Positions 40,965-51,250 of a stretch of 64,000 nt of DNA are shown here, piece by piece; the stretch's first letter is position 1, and every line of letters starts with the position of its first letter. The notes under the pieces were generated by a model. The model made no database searches. It saw only the letters and a list, made by a program, of their open reading frames with translations, and was not told the origin of the DNA. Position numbers and translations under genes: made by a program. This DNA is from Spirochaetota bacterium (GTDB taxonomy: Bacteria; Spirochaetota; UBA4802; UBA5550), in contig CAXXHB010000003.1 in the NCBI GenBank assembly GCA_963664815.2, positions 2,720,001-2,784,000 on the forward strand. Direction: 5' to 3'.

Positions 40965-41074
40965 AATTAATTGTGATGAAAGATATACCCATATTAAAAA
41001 TTCGACATTTTATGTTAAGGTATATTGTGTTTGATCCAAAAATCTGGTCTGCAAGCTCGGTTACTGCTTTTTCA

Positions 41075-41272
41075 AAATCAGCTTCATTTCACCAGACTAT
41101 AGTCCCCAATTCCTTTGATACAGTGAACTATTTAAACTTGTCTATATTTTTAAACGGCTCAAAGACTGTGCCCCACAGTTCATTTTCTATATTTACTTTA
41201 CTGGATACACCGTTGTTAAACTTTATCAATATGCTGTATTTACCTATATTTTTACTTCAACCACTTCTATCA
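41075..41272 (-). pseudogene. DUF2442-like pseudogene
   Basis: YSILIKFNNG...LWGTVFEPFK...GTIVW*NEAD with internal stops. Confidence 0.65.
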
Positions 41273-41461
41273 TTTAATCATTTTACTTTTCAGGGCCTTA
41301 TCTTTTGGAACAGTATTCTGTTGTTTTTTTAATTTAGCTGTACCTTTATTCCAGAAATCAAGCTCTTCTGCAACAGACATATTTTTTATCTCATTATAAA
41401 TCATTTCCTGAGATTTTCTTTTCATCTCCACACAATCAAACTTTTTATTCTTCATAATCAA
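41270..41461 (-). CDS. Small antitoxin-like protein
   Basis: KKFDCVEMKR motif, directly downstream of the PIN gene. Confidence 0.65.
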   Translation of the reverse strand: MIMKNKKFDCVEMKRKSQEMIYNEIKNMSVAEELDFWNKGTAKLKKQQNTVPKDKALKSKMIK

Positions 41462-41904
41462 TTACCTCCGCAGGGGAATTTATAAAAATATCTTTATAGC
41501 CATTTATCCGGTTAACTGTATTATATAAGGCTATTTTGTCATAGTGAACAATATGTTTAAAATTCCAGCTTACAATTATATCGCAATTTGATACAGTTGC
41601 TATTACAACATGAAGAGCCTCATCCATATATTTCCGGCTAACAATATTATTTATAAGATACTCATCTCTCAACGACAGGCAGTTGATGTCAACTTCAAGT
41701 ATTTCACAATACTGAAGCAATTCATTATATAAATTGATAACTGTCTCCGGAGCTTTTTCAATCTCACTGCTTACTAATACCAATGTACACGGAATAATTT
41801 ACACTCTTTATCTCATTAATCAATTTATCTGTTCGTTCCATGAATTCATCATCAAACATACCTCCTATTACCGAGGTATCAAGATAGATTCTTAGTTTTT
41901 TCAT
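41445..41904 (-). pseudogene. Frameshifted PIN-domain toxin
   Basis: MKKLRIYLDTSVIGG... in one frame, ALHV..AT...VSWNFKHIV in another. Confidence 0.8.
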
Positions 41905-41954
41905 ATGCTACCTTTAATCTTCTTTTTGATGTTAAGACATTAAATTTATCCATC

Positions 41955-42057
41955 GTCTGAACCTTGATTCTCATGATTACAGGATTAGCAGGATTTGCCA
42001 GCCGGTACCGGAAACCGAATCATGAAAATCCTTTAATCCTTAAATCATGGTTCGGAC
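41955..42057. repeat. Short palindromic MITE-like element
   Basis: GTCTGAACC..GATT-rich left arm and AATC-rich..GGTTCGGAC right arm; same arms as the composite element. Confidence 0.7.
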
Positions 42058-42064
42058 TTTTTCC

Positions 42065-42170
42065 AGCAGAAATTCAGGTGCCAGTACTGTTTACCTCATT
42101 GCGTACTCATAATCAGGAAGTAATTCAGGATGTTGTTTTTGTAAATGTTCATACCTCTCATCAGTTAATA
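42065..42170 (-). pseudogene. Fragment paralogous to the 35610-35942 toxin
   Basis: VILTDERYEHLQKQHPELLPDYEYAMR*TVLAP. Confidence 0.8.
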
Positions 42171-42194
42171 TGACATTACAACCAGACCCTGAAT

Positions 42195-42512
42195 CTACAT
42201 TATTTTTACACCCTCTTTCTTAACTATTCCTATAAGCGGCGAACCTGTATCATCTCTAAAACGTCTGCTACCTACTGCCACAGGTTCAATCCTTGGATCA
42301 ACTTTTACTGTATATATCCAGGGGCGTGATAAAATCGAATCATCATCCGTATCAAATATATCCGATACAAGCATTACGTCAATGTCACTATTGATGCTGT
42401 CTTCTCCGCGCGCGCAGCTCCCGTAAATATATACATGTTCAATGTTTAACCCTTTATCATTTAATACGTGAATATATTTTTTAACTACTGATTCAATTTC
42501 CGCTTTAACCAT
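42195..42512 (-). CDS. Minimal nucleotidyltransferase (MNT)
   Basis: YGS.ARG....SDIDV. Confidence 0.9.
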   Translation of the reverse strand: MVKAEIESVVKKYIHVLNDKGLNIEHVYIYGSCARGEDSINSDIDVMLVSDIFDTDDDSILSRPWIYTVKVDPRIEPVAVGSRRFRDDTGSPLIGIVKKEGVKIM

Positions 42513-42868
42513 TCTATCTCCTCCGAAGTCCTTTTGTAATACTGCAATACTGGTGCCTGGTCTGGTATGCGACCTGCATTATCCGGGTATCTTCCTGTTA
42601 TCTGATATTTCATAAGAATAGCATAAAATGTCATCTGTTCTTCTGTAAGTTCTATGCCGCACAATTCACACAGGTAAAGAAGATTATGGGTCTTTGGAGC
42701 AAAATCATCTTTTGTTTTTACATATAAAGCTTTGAGAATTTTCTCCATGGCAAGATGGCAGAAGAATAGACCATGCAGAAACCTTTCTTTTTCAATAAGG
42801 ATTTGCGCGGTATAGAAATCTTCACCGGAACCATCGAGCCAGTATTTTACTTGAAGTTCTTTATTCAT
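42485..42868 (-). CDS. HEPN domain protein
   Basis: F.CH...EK.LKA, PKTHNL, RYP. Confidence 0.9.
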   Translation of the reverse strand: MNKELQVKYWLDGSGEDFYTAQILIEKERFLHGLFFCHLAMEKILKALYVKTKDDFAPKTHNLLYLCELCGIELTEEQMTFYAILMKYQITGRYPDNAGRIPDQAPVLQYYKRTSEEIEWLKRKLNQ

Positions 42869-42872
42869 GCTT

Positions 42873-43067
42873 TTACCTATAAAATATCAATGAACATCGT
42901 CCAATCTCCTGTTCTTTAAATGCCAGATAAGATTTTAATGCCTTTTCTGCACACTGCTGTGTATGATAAATCGCGATATCATATAGAGGTTTTGATGCGT
43001 TCATCAGGATTTCAGCTGAATCGAGATCATTCCCGGCTTTAAACAGCCATTCTTCATGTGGCTTCAT
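42873..43067 (-). pseudogene. Truncated HEPN protein
   Basis: W..KA..DL...HTQQCAEKALK, then loses the THxL and RYP half. Confidence 0.8.
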
Positions 43068-43383
43068 ATAATTTCACTCCGCGATTTATCACTTTGTGGG
43101 CAAGAGTTGACGGATGATCTTTTTTTGTTTTTATCTCTTCTTCTGTATAAACAAGTATATCAACAGCTACATTCAAATCAAGAAGCTCTCTCTGCCCGAT
43201 CCTGATCCGGTCAGCACTGCCGAGTTTGGAATTTTTTACCACTATGAAAATATCGTAATCACTATTCAACTCCGGTGTTCCCCATGCGTAAGAACCGAAT
43301 AGATAGATTGTCTCAGGATGATATATTTTCACAAGTCTTGCAGTAATTTCTTTTATAATAGATTCGCTGTCAGTCATATGCAC
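43054..43383 (-). CDS. Minimal nucleotidyltransferase (MNT)
   Basis: LFGSYAWG....SDYD, VDILV.T. Confidence 0.9.
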   Translation of the reverse strand: MHMTDSESIIKEITARLVKIYHPETIYLFGSYAWGTPELNSDYDIFIVVKNSKLGSADRIRIGQRELLDLNVAVDILVYTEEEIKTKKDHPSTLAHKVINRGVKLYEAT

Positions 43384-43602
43384 TCCATGAATATGTTATA
43401 CATTACAGATTTATATTTATTTCTCAACTTTTCTTTTCGCATTTTCAAGAAGATTTTTACTCTATTAACGCATGTTATTCTAATTCATTGCATCCTCAAG
43501 GCTTTCGGATTCCATAAGCTTTGAGTATTTAACATAAACCGACCCGATGGAGATTTACCGGAATCTTTCGTTGAAATTACCCCTGTCATTTTACCCGTAC
43601 CG

Positions 43603-44964
43603 TTAAGAAGAAAATACATGTTTAATAAAATCATTAAAATATTCAGCACAGTAATTCTTATCTTTTACAGACTTTTCAATATCAAATGGCCAGAGCATCA
43701 ATGGAATACCATTGATATCATTATACCTGAGGTATACAGGTTTACTAAATTTTTCATTTCCAGGATAAATTAAAATCATTCGTAATGCTATGTCTTGATC
43801 AGTAATTACTGATGACTCATATATCTTCGCGTAAGATAAAAGCTGGTACATGTCAGCCTGGGAAACGCCGTATTTATTTCTCCTGTCGCTGCCGTCAATG
43901 ATCTTCCATTTCGTATCCATAATATAAAATGTATTATCTGCAGAAGCAGTTATATCAGGTACTACCTGAAAAATCCCTTTTCCATTTTCCTCCGCAAGAT
44001 ACTTCTCACTGCTCTGCGCTTTAATACCATCAAACAGCCCGCTCTGCCGTAGAACAGAAGTAATATAGCTTTCAAAAACTTCATTCATGGGGAAGAGTAT
44101 GGCATTAACTCTGCCGTTCCCCTTCCAGTTGGTGAAACTCTCTCCCTGCAGAAAAACTCTACACCATTTAAACACCGTGTCATAATGTTTCATCAACCTG
44201 TTGTTCACGCACCTGCTGAAATCGCCTTTTATATCAGAAGATTCACTGACGTCATCGAATATGAACACCAGTTCGCGGAGCTTTTTTATATTGTCATTGT
44301 TACCCGATGTTTTAAGGAGAAGTGACAGAGTTGACTTAATGAGCCTGTTCTCAGGCCTGTCGCGGATAAAGTCATCGTACTCTATATAGAACCGTTCTTT
44401 ATGTACTATATTTTTCTTTATATGGTCATTGATGCGGAGCTTACCCTTTAAAATCTTCGAGTTCTCCTCCATTGTGATGTATCCTGACCTTATTCCCTGA
44501 CGCACAAGCTCATTCATCTCATTAATAAACAGGTGGATGAATATCTCCATGATATGCATTTTGTATGTTGCAATGTCAGATTCATTAAATTGTTTGAAAG
44601 GTGAATCCTTCACAGTACGGAGCATTCGAAGGAAGAGCCTGCGGGTATCAGGAACACTCTCCTCCTCTTCTCTTTTTTCTCTATGAATTTTGGGGAGTAT
44701 CTCAACAACAAGACCTGAATCTGTCTGGATTACACCAACATAATTTTTTACCTGAAGGCAGCGGCCAATACCTTTTTTATGTGTAAGAGAAAAAAAATCA
44801 CTCCCTTCACTAACCGAATTACCGGAATTGCGGAGAACGAAATCTTCCAGGTTATTGTAATCCTGCTTTTTTATGTAAAGCACACCATCATGCTCCTTCT
44901 CTGCAATTGAAGGAGCAATTACACCGTATTCACGGATTGTATGATTGTAAATTTTATGGTGCAT
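43603..44964 (-). CDS. mcrC: McrC family nuclease subunit
   Basis: NYVG.I, ENRLIK, M..VFE, PDI...DTKWK, D.YQ..SY. Confidence 0.92.
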   Translation of the reverse strand: MHHKIYNHTIREYGVIAPSIAEKEHDGVLYIKKQDYNNLEDFVLRNSGNSVSEGSDFFSLTHKKGIGRCLQVKNYVGVIQTDSGLVVEILPKIHREKREEEESVPDTRRLFLRMLRTVKDSPFKQFNESDIATYKMHIMEIFIHLFINEMNELVRQGIRSGYITMEENSKILKGKLRINDHIKKNIVHKERFYIEYDDFIRDRPENRLIKSTLSLLLKTSGNNDNIKKLRELVFIFDDVSESSDIKGDFSRCVNNRLMKHYDTVFKWCRVFLQGESFTNWKGNGRVNAILFPMNEVFESYITSVLRQSGLFDGIKAQSSEKYLAEENGKGIFQVVPDITASADNTFYIMDTKWKIIDGSDRRNKYGVSQADMYQLLSYAKIYESSVITDQDIALRMILIYPGNEKFSKPVYLRYNDINGIPLMLWPFDIEKSVKDKNYCAEYFNDFIKHVFSS

Positions 44965-44969
44965 CTTAA

Positions 44970-45182
44970 TCAGTTAAATACCATAATCTCGCTTTCAACA
45001 ACTGAAGGAGGAACACTCTGATTATCCTTTTCCATCCCTTCAATATGAAATTTTATTGCTTCATAAATCAGTTCTTCTGTCTCTTCTTTTGTATCACCAA
45101 AAGCAACACATCCCGGGAGATCAGGCACATATGCGCTGTATCCATCCTTTGACTTTTCAAATAGTACAACATACTTTCTCAT
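44970..45182 (-). CDS. hicB: HicB antitoxin
   Basis: YSAYVPDLPGCVA.G.T.EE. Confidence 0.92.
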   Translation of the reverse strand: MRKYVVLFEKSKDGYSAYVPDLPGCVAFGDTKEETEELIYEAIKFHIEGMEKDNQSVPPSVVESEIMVFN

Positions 45183-45391
45183 AAATCGTCCTCGCTTATC
45201 TGCGCCTGTTTAATGATACTTTTTAAAGTTAATACCGGTACATCTTTTGACAGTTTGTGACAGGATATAGTTACAAGTCCCCTTTTTTCAGGATGTTTAT
45301 ACTGCCTGTGACTTCCGCTCTGCCTGTTAAGATACCAACCGTCTTTCTCGATAATCCGGATGATATCTGATACTTTGTAAGTTTTCATCAA
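45179..45391 (-). CDS. hicA: HicA toxin
   Basis: GW...RQSGSHRQYKHP. Confidence 0.92.
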   Translation of the reverse strand: MMKTYKVSDIIRIIEKDGWYLNRQSGSHRQYKHPEKRGLVTISCHKLSKDVPVLTLKSIIKQAQISEDDL

Positions 45392-45482
45392 TCTTATCCT
45401 GTTAAATCATTATAGTTCACAGGAATTACTACCTGTGTATACTATAACGATTCAATTAACAAAAGATTAAAAAAAATCATGG

Positions 45483-48350
45483 TTATTTCAAATTCCCTGA
45501 ATATATTTTAATAAACGCCTCAACATCAATACTGCAACCATTTAATTCAGGATTGATCCTGTAGGTTACCCGGTCTTCGTAGTTTTCATGGTCAAAACCC
45601 AGTACAGCCTTTTCACTGAAGTTCCTGCTCTGGATGAACCTTGTTCTGTTTATATTATCCTCAAAGGATGCGGTATCTTTCTCCCCGCCATTCAACTGTT
45701 TATAATGATCACCCAGCACCATCTGTATCTTCTCCCAGTCTTCGTAAAAGTACTCCTGAAGAAGCGGGATTATTCTTGTAGAGAAGATTGAACATAATTC
45801 TTTATATTTTTTTTCATCATTAAGTTCATTGTTTTTAAGTTTTATAAAATAAGCATGACCGATTGTATGGTCGCGGTCATATAGGAACTCAATGCGTTCG
45901 TTTATCTTAGAGAGCATCAATCTAATGTTAATAGCAGAACCATTTCTCATAATAATCAAATCGGATTCATTTTGAATAGAAGGATTTGACTTAACTATGT
46001 TTTTATATTCTTCTTCTTTTTCTTTATCATCAACAGTATTTAACAACTCCGGTTCCGGCATCATCTCTACAAAAGTAAACCGGCGGCGAAGAGCCGTGTC
46101 CATGAGCGCTATGGAGCGGTCTGCAGTGTTCATTGTACCGATTATGTAGAGGTTTGAGGGTACGCCGAACTTCTCTTTTGAATACGGAAGTGTTACTGTA
46201 AGTTCGTTTTCTGCTCCAAGGCGTTTGTCATCTTCAATGAGAGTTATTAACTCTCCGAAGATTTTGGAGATGTTGCCGCGGTTTATTTCGTCGATGATGA
46301 GTACAAAGGGTTTGATTTCACCTGCTGATTCATCTGTTGAAATCAGACTTTTAATATTATTCATGTTTAAATCTTTTTTATAAAACTCATATATTGTCTG
46401 CTGCGAAAATAATTTATTATTCATGATCTGGTCAACAGGGATTATTGCATCCTTGTATAACCATTCAACATTTCGATAATGCTTAAAATCAATTGGTCTT
46501 GAATTATCAAAAAAATAATTACCTGTAACTTTACCTATAGCACTTACTTTATGATTACCTGATGAAATGATGACAATGTCATTAATCTTCATCCAGTTCT
46601 TAAAGCGATCAACTGCCTGTGTGGGGTATGTCCTGTCATCCTTTTCGTCAGAGTATAGCTTATCGATATCCGCTTTTGTATCGGCATTACTGAAATCTAT
46701 GCTTCTGCCATATCCCATCGCTATTACATTGTTATAAAAACAATATCTTGCAATATCATCACCATCATCCTGGCTGTTGCCAAGCGACATCTTAAAGAAA
46801 TTTATACTATTCTCATCGAAATCATATACTGCCGTTTTTGAAGTACTTCTGATTTTTGCTCTTGTGCAGATTGATTTAAATACACCATCATCCATGATAT
46901 ATTTTAACTTATCTGCCACTGAATCCGATAAATCCGGTTTTATCCCCTCAATAAATTCTTCATAAGAAAAAGACTGATGGAATGTTATAAAATCGATCTG
47001 ACCTGAGTCTTTCAGTTCATTATAACGCTTAACAACATCGTCTCTGACTTCACTGCACTGACCATCAATTATCTCAACAGCCTTATTGATCACATTATAT
47101 GTTTTACCTGTACCGGGAGGGCCATAGAGGATCGTGTTCAAAGAAAGTTTAGAATTCGCCTCTTTATTATTCATAGCATCCTCAATCTGTTCTTTTTTAT
47201 AATATGATGGTATGGGAAGTGTAACACCAAGTGTTTTACCTACATACTCAACAAAGTCTGCATCGTGATTCTCCCGCCCTTTATGAGGCTTAGCTGCTCG
47301 CTCGATAAACCTGAAGTGTGCCTGTTTTGTTATTTCATATATTTCAGGTACATCACTTATATCAAGATCGAGTGAATAATTATTTTCTCTGGGAGGTACA
47401 CTGGGAACTTCCCAGTTAGTTTTGTATTGATTTATTTTTTCCAGCGTATTTGCATCAAGTGCCGGTTTATCAAGCACCAGGGCGGAGGGTTCATTTTTTC
47501 TTATACATATACACCAGGGCTGACCTGTGTTTAAATAAAACCTGTCGCTTAATAATCGGACATTCCATCCCGCAGGAGCAGAATCATTTGCTTTGATTAT
47601 AGATTCAGAAAAACACTTCAGGATTTTCAAATGTAATTGTTTATCAGGTATTATTGAGTTTAGAATCTTTTCTATTTGGGAATTGGTCTTATTCTGTTTT
47701 CTGTTCCATGCATCATATGAAATCTCTTCAAAACTATTACCATTAAACTTATTTTTAACAAATTTCATCAATTCATAATATTTACGGTAATCAAGTTTAT
47801 CAAAGTCTTCCCCGGTGTATTCCTTCATTACACTGTCAAGGCTCAGGTATTTATCAGGCATTATCCAGAAGAGTCCGATTGTAATATTTATTCTTACACC
47901 TTTTATACTAAGTACACTGTTAAATGTATTTTCAGTAATACCTGAAATAACTGCTTCTCTGAATAACTGCCAGAGGAGTTTAATATCATTCTCACCGCGT
48001 TCATACTTATATGCAAAAAGCCATGACTTCTGGTTTGTCATTACAGGTATCCCATTGAAATCGGCTGGTACTTCAGAGTTGAGTTTAAAAATATTTTTCA
48101 GTTCCGCAAGGATCTGCTTCCGGTTATCATTAGTAATCCCGCGATTGAAACTTGAATAAAAAGTAAACGGATCGATCTCTCTGAGTTCCGATGTTTCATT
48201 CATTGACGGTTTATCCTGCATCGGTATCATGGGGATGCCAGTTGTTGTTATCTTTTTGATTATATCAAGGAGATCGCCCTGCCTGTTCTCGTAATCAATG
48301 AGTTTAAGAGAAAGCTCTTTATATATCGGTATCCATGTGAAGTTTGACAT
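45483..48350 (-). CDS. mcrB: McrB family AAA+ GTPase with multiple accessory domains
   Basis: GPPGTGKT, FHQSFSYEEF, IDEINRGN, MNTADRS, LRRRF, IGHAYF, LLQEYF. Confidence 0.93.
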   Translation of the reverse strand: MSNFTWIPIYKELSLKLIDYENRQGDLLDIIKKITTTGIPMIPMQDKPSMNETSELREIDPFTFYSSFNRGITNDNRKQILAELKNIFKLNSEVPADFNGIPVMTNQKSWLFAYKYERGENDIKLLWQLFREAVISGITENTFNSVLSIKGVRINITIGLFWIMPDKYLSLDSVMKEYTGEDFDKLDYRKYYELMKFVKNKFNGNSFEEISYDAWNRKQNKTNSQIEKILNSIIPDKQLHLKILKCFSESIIKANDSAPAGWNVRLLSDRFYLNTGQPWCICIRKNEPSALVLDKPALDANTLEKINQYKTNWEVPSVPPRENNYSLDLDISDVPEIYEITKQAHFRFIERAAKPHKGRENHDADFVEYVGKTLGVTLPIPSYYKKEQIEDAMNNKEANSKLSLNTILYGPPGTGKTYNVINKAVEIIDGQCSEVRDDVVKRYNELKDSGQIDFITFHQSFSYEEFIEGIKPDLSDSVADKLKYIMDDGVFKSICTRAKIRSTSKTAVYDFDENSINFFKMSLGNSQDDGDDIARYCFYNNVIAMGYGRSIDFSNADTKADIDKLYSDEKDDRTYPTQAVDRFKNWMKINDIVIISSGNHKVSAIGKVTGNYFFDNSRPIDFKHYRNVEWLYKDAIIPVDQIMNNKLFSQQTIYEFYKKDLNMNNIKSLISTDESAGEIKPFVLIIDEINRGNISKIFGELITLIEDDKRLGAENELTVTLPYSKEKFGVPSNLYIIGTMNTADRSIALMDTALRRRFTFVEMMPEPELLNTVDDKEKEEEYKNIVKSNPSIQNESDLIIMRNGSAINIRLMLSKINERIEFLYDRDHTIGHAYFIKLKNNELNDEKKYKELCSIFSTRIIPLLQEYFYEDWEKIQMVLGDHYKQLNGGEKDTASFEDNINRTRFIQSRNFSEKAVLGFDHENYEDRVTYRINPELNGCSIDVEAFIKIYSGNLK

Positions 48351-48368
48351 ATGTATTCCTAAAATTTA

Positions 48369-49412
48369 TTATAAATCAATATCGTAATGTTCTTTATACT
48401 TAATCTTCACTACATCTCTTAACTCATCACTAAACTTTCTGAAACCATCGGTATTATCTTCATATTCATAATGACGAAGATGAGTAAAATCGAAAGGTAC
48501 ATCATTCATATTTTGCGTCATATGAATGCATGGTTTACTGATCGCATGGGCAATACCTAATTCGTACATGACATTCGGATTACGACCTGTTACATCTGCT
48601 ATAATGAGGCCTGCCTGGTTTATTTGAGTCCAGATATCTTCAATTACAATTTGTCCTTTAAGATTATCTGCTCTTAAACATTGAAGATTCAGAGACTCCA
48701 CATTTTCCCTGATCAACTCCTTGTATACACGGTCAGACCAAGGCTGGGTAAACGGCATCAGAACAAAGCATATCATTTGGGTTATTTGAGGTACATCGGA
48801 TCTGAAATATAGATTATTGTTAGCTTGACTAACTGTTTTTACTACTGGATTTGACTTTTCTTTGACTGTTTTATTAGATGTATCATGATCATCTAAAAAC
48901 TTTTTAATTTTCTTTTCAATACCGTCAAATTGGTAATAAGTATTAAAAGAATTATAAACAGCTATTGATTCAAAAACATTTGGTTGATTATTCACATATT
49001 TAGACTGCTGAAAATATTCACCAAATACATTATTTATGAGATTTAAAAAAAGAGTTATTTCGGCTGGTTCAATCGATATGTCTTTTGATAATCCGGTAAT
49101 ATCAATGTCGTTTAAAGAATTATCAGCTAATAATTGATCTCGTATAGCAAATACGATTTTATCAACTTTCTCCAAAATATCAGAATTCGGATCAATCAAT
49201 AGTATACCAGGTATAGAAATTGATGTGAAATTACCAGCGCGCAGTGGATATGGAATTAATTCCGGATTAAAATCTTTTGATATCATATTCCAGAGTTTTG
49301 ATCTAATTATTCTATTATCTGCTCTTTCTCCGGCAAGCGAAAGTTCATATACAGTTTTTAACCACAATCCCTGGTCATGATCTAAATTATAATTTGATAA
49401 ATCTATCGGCAT
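48369..49412 (-). CDS. Protein with C-terminal nucleoside 2-deoxyribosyltransferase/TIR-like domain
   Basis: CFVLMPF, RAD, IAD.TG.NPNV.YELG.AHA, PFD. Confidence 0.8.
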   Translation of the reverse strand: MPIDLSNYNLDHDQGLWLKTVYELSLAGERADNRIIRSKLWNMISKDFNPELIPYPLRAGNFTSISIPGILLIDPNSDILEKVDKIVFAIRDQLLADNSLNDIDITGLSKDISIEPAEITLFLNLINNVFGEYFQQSKYVNNQPNVFESIAVYNSFNTYYQFDGIEKKIKKFLDDHDTSNKTVKEKSNPVVKTVSQANNNLYFRSDVPQITQMICFVLMPFTQPWSDRVYKELIRENVESLNLQCLRADNLKGQIVIEDIWTQINQAGLIIADVTGRNPNVMYELGIAHAISKPCIHMTQNMNDVPFDFTHLRHYEYEDNTDGFRKFSDELRDVVKIKYKEHYDIDL

Positions 49413-49413
49413 A

Positions 49414-51243
49414 TTATTTACTATCCTTTTTTTCTTTTAAAGCCGGTATCATATCTCGCCATATTTCCGGTGGTAACGGTGAATTATTTTTAATACACCC
49501 GAGAATTTTCACAGACAGAGGCAAGCCACTCATATCTTCCCACGGAAATTGTTTTCTCATTTTATCAATTAAATCAAAGATAGCTTCGTTTATTGAAACA
49601 TCTTCACCAGATATTTTATTGAAATTCAACGTTGATATAGCGATTCCATCTTTAACAGAATTTTTAATAACCCTATTACCCCAATCATCAGGAGGAACCC
49701 AACTTACTAAATCAATTTCGTCTACATCTGATAATTTCTTTCCATCACTACCAAGACCTTTTACAATTCTTGTATAATACCTGTTCATCAAATCACTTCG
49801 AACAGGCTCATCTAATGAAAAACATAATTCCATAATCATGAGCAACAAGTAAGAACTTCGATCTGAAAAATTGTATGGCCGCTCACCTGAAACTACATAT
49901 TCAATAAGAGCATCCATATTACTTCTAGATTCAACAAATGGTATGTCAACATTCTTGTCAAATCTTCGGACTAAAAGACGTGATTCTAATTCAGATAACC
50001 ATAGCTGTATCTCTTTGATATTTCCAGATTGATATAAAATAAACCAGATGAGAAACAATTCAACATGATGTAAATCGATCAGCGGTCTTAATGATGCAGG
50101 ATTAAGATGAAGACATTGTGTCAACCATTCTGATGATCTGTTTAAAACAGTTAAAATTAATTCTTTGTATTTTTTTTCATCACCAACCATAAATTCCATC
50201 GGTGCCATTGTAAAAATTCCGAGACGTCCAATATGCCAAAAAATCCTATAAGCATGATTTATAGCTGAAACCGAAAAAAAACTACCATCAGATGAAAAAC
50301 CATGCTGAGTTATATAAAGCTTATGATACTTAATGTGATACTTCTCTAATTCATTGATATAGAATTGCAGCCATATATTGATTACTTTATCTTCAAAAAT
50401 TTTATCAGATTGAATTGATTGCCATAATTCTAGCATTGCCCATTCAATAAGATCAATCCAACCTGCATATGATATCTGTTCGTCTTTTTTATATTTTAAG
50501 AGAATTATCAAAGTGACAGGTATTAAATTCACCTTACGATCATCAAGTTTACCACTTAAAGCAATTTTTAAAAAATTCTTCCAATTAGGAATTAGCTGAT
50601 TATTCCATTCTTCAGAACTAAAGTTGAAATCATTATATTGGGAACATATATATAAAAAAGTGCCGTAAAGATGTTGAGGCATAATTTCTGGTGTTAATAG
50701 ATGCCCTACAACTTCGTCAACAATTCTCGTTAAATTCCATCTTATAAATTTTAATTCAATCTGATCATTTATCTTTTTAGGTAAATTATTTATTAGCCTA
50801 TTAAATAACTCTATTCCATTTGAATCTTCATCTTTGTTATATGTTAAAATTACATTAACAGTTTTGACTTTTTCTAAATCCTGGATTTGCATATCCGGAG
50901 AAGCTGCCATTCGAATATCAGAATCAAAGTTATGAGCTGTCCAATTTTTGTTATTAAGCACCTCATCTTTTAATACGAAAATAAACAATTCATCTTCCGA
51001 TTGACTTAAAAATGACATATCAATCCCAAACTCTGCTTCAGTTTTTGTTTTTGCAGCAATGGAATCAGATTGTCTTATGAAAGGTAATCTGACAGGAGAA
51101 TATCCCTTTATAAGGCATATCTGGTAAATTAACCAATCAAAACCCATTTTGAGATCACTTTTTTCCAGGCGAGTCCTTTCCAATAAACTCCCAATATAAT
51201 TTATTAAAAAAGGTTTAAATGAAAGAAGCTCCATGAAATTCAC
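49414..51243 (-). CDS. Hypothetical protein: N-terminal REase-like domain plus helical body
   Basis: 609 aa; EFGID...FVLK...WN pattern. Confidence 0.6.
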   Translation of the reverse strand: MNFMELLSFKPFLINYIGSLLERTRLEKSDLKMGFDWLIYQICLIKGYSPVRLPFIRQSDSIAAKTKTEAEFGIDMSFLSQSEDELFIFVLKDEVLNNKNWTAHNFDSDIRMAASPDMQIQDLEKVKTVNVILTYNKDEDSNGIELFNRLINNLPKKINDQIELKFIRWNLTRIVDEVVGHLLTPEIMPQHLYGTFLYICSQYNDFNFSSEEWNNQLIPNWKNFLKIALSGKLDDRKVNLIPVTLIILLKYKKDEQISYAGWIDLIEWAMLELWQSIQSDKIFEDKVINIWLQFYINELEKYHIKYHKLYITQHGFSSDGSFFSVSAINHAYRIFWHIGRLGIFTMAPMEFMVGDEKKYKELILTVLNRSSEWLTQCLHLNPASLRPLIDLHHVELFLIWFILYQSGNIKEIQLWLSELESRLLVRRFDKNVDIPFVESRSNMDALIEYVVSGERPYNFSDRSSYLLLMIMELCFSLDEPVRSDLMNRYYTRIVKGLGSDGKKLSDVDEIDLVSWVPPDDWGNRVIKNSVKDGIAISTLNFNKISGEDVSINEAIFDLIDKMRKQFPWEDMSGLPLSVKILGCIKNNSPLPPEIWRDMIPALKEKKDSK

Positions 51244-51250
51244 CTATGAC

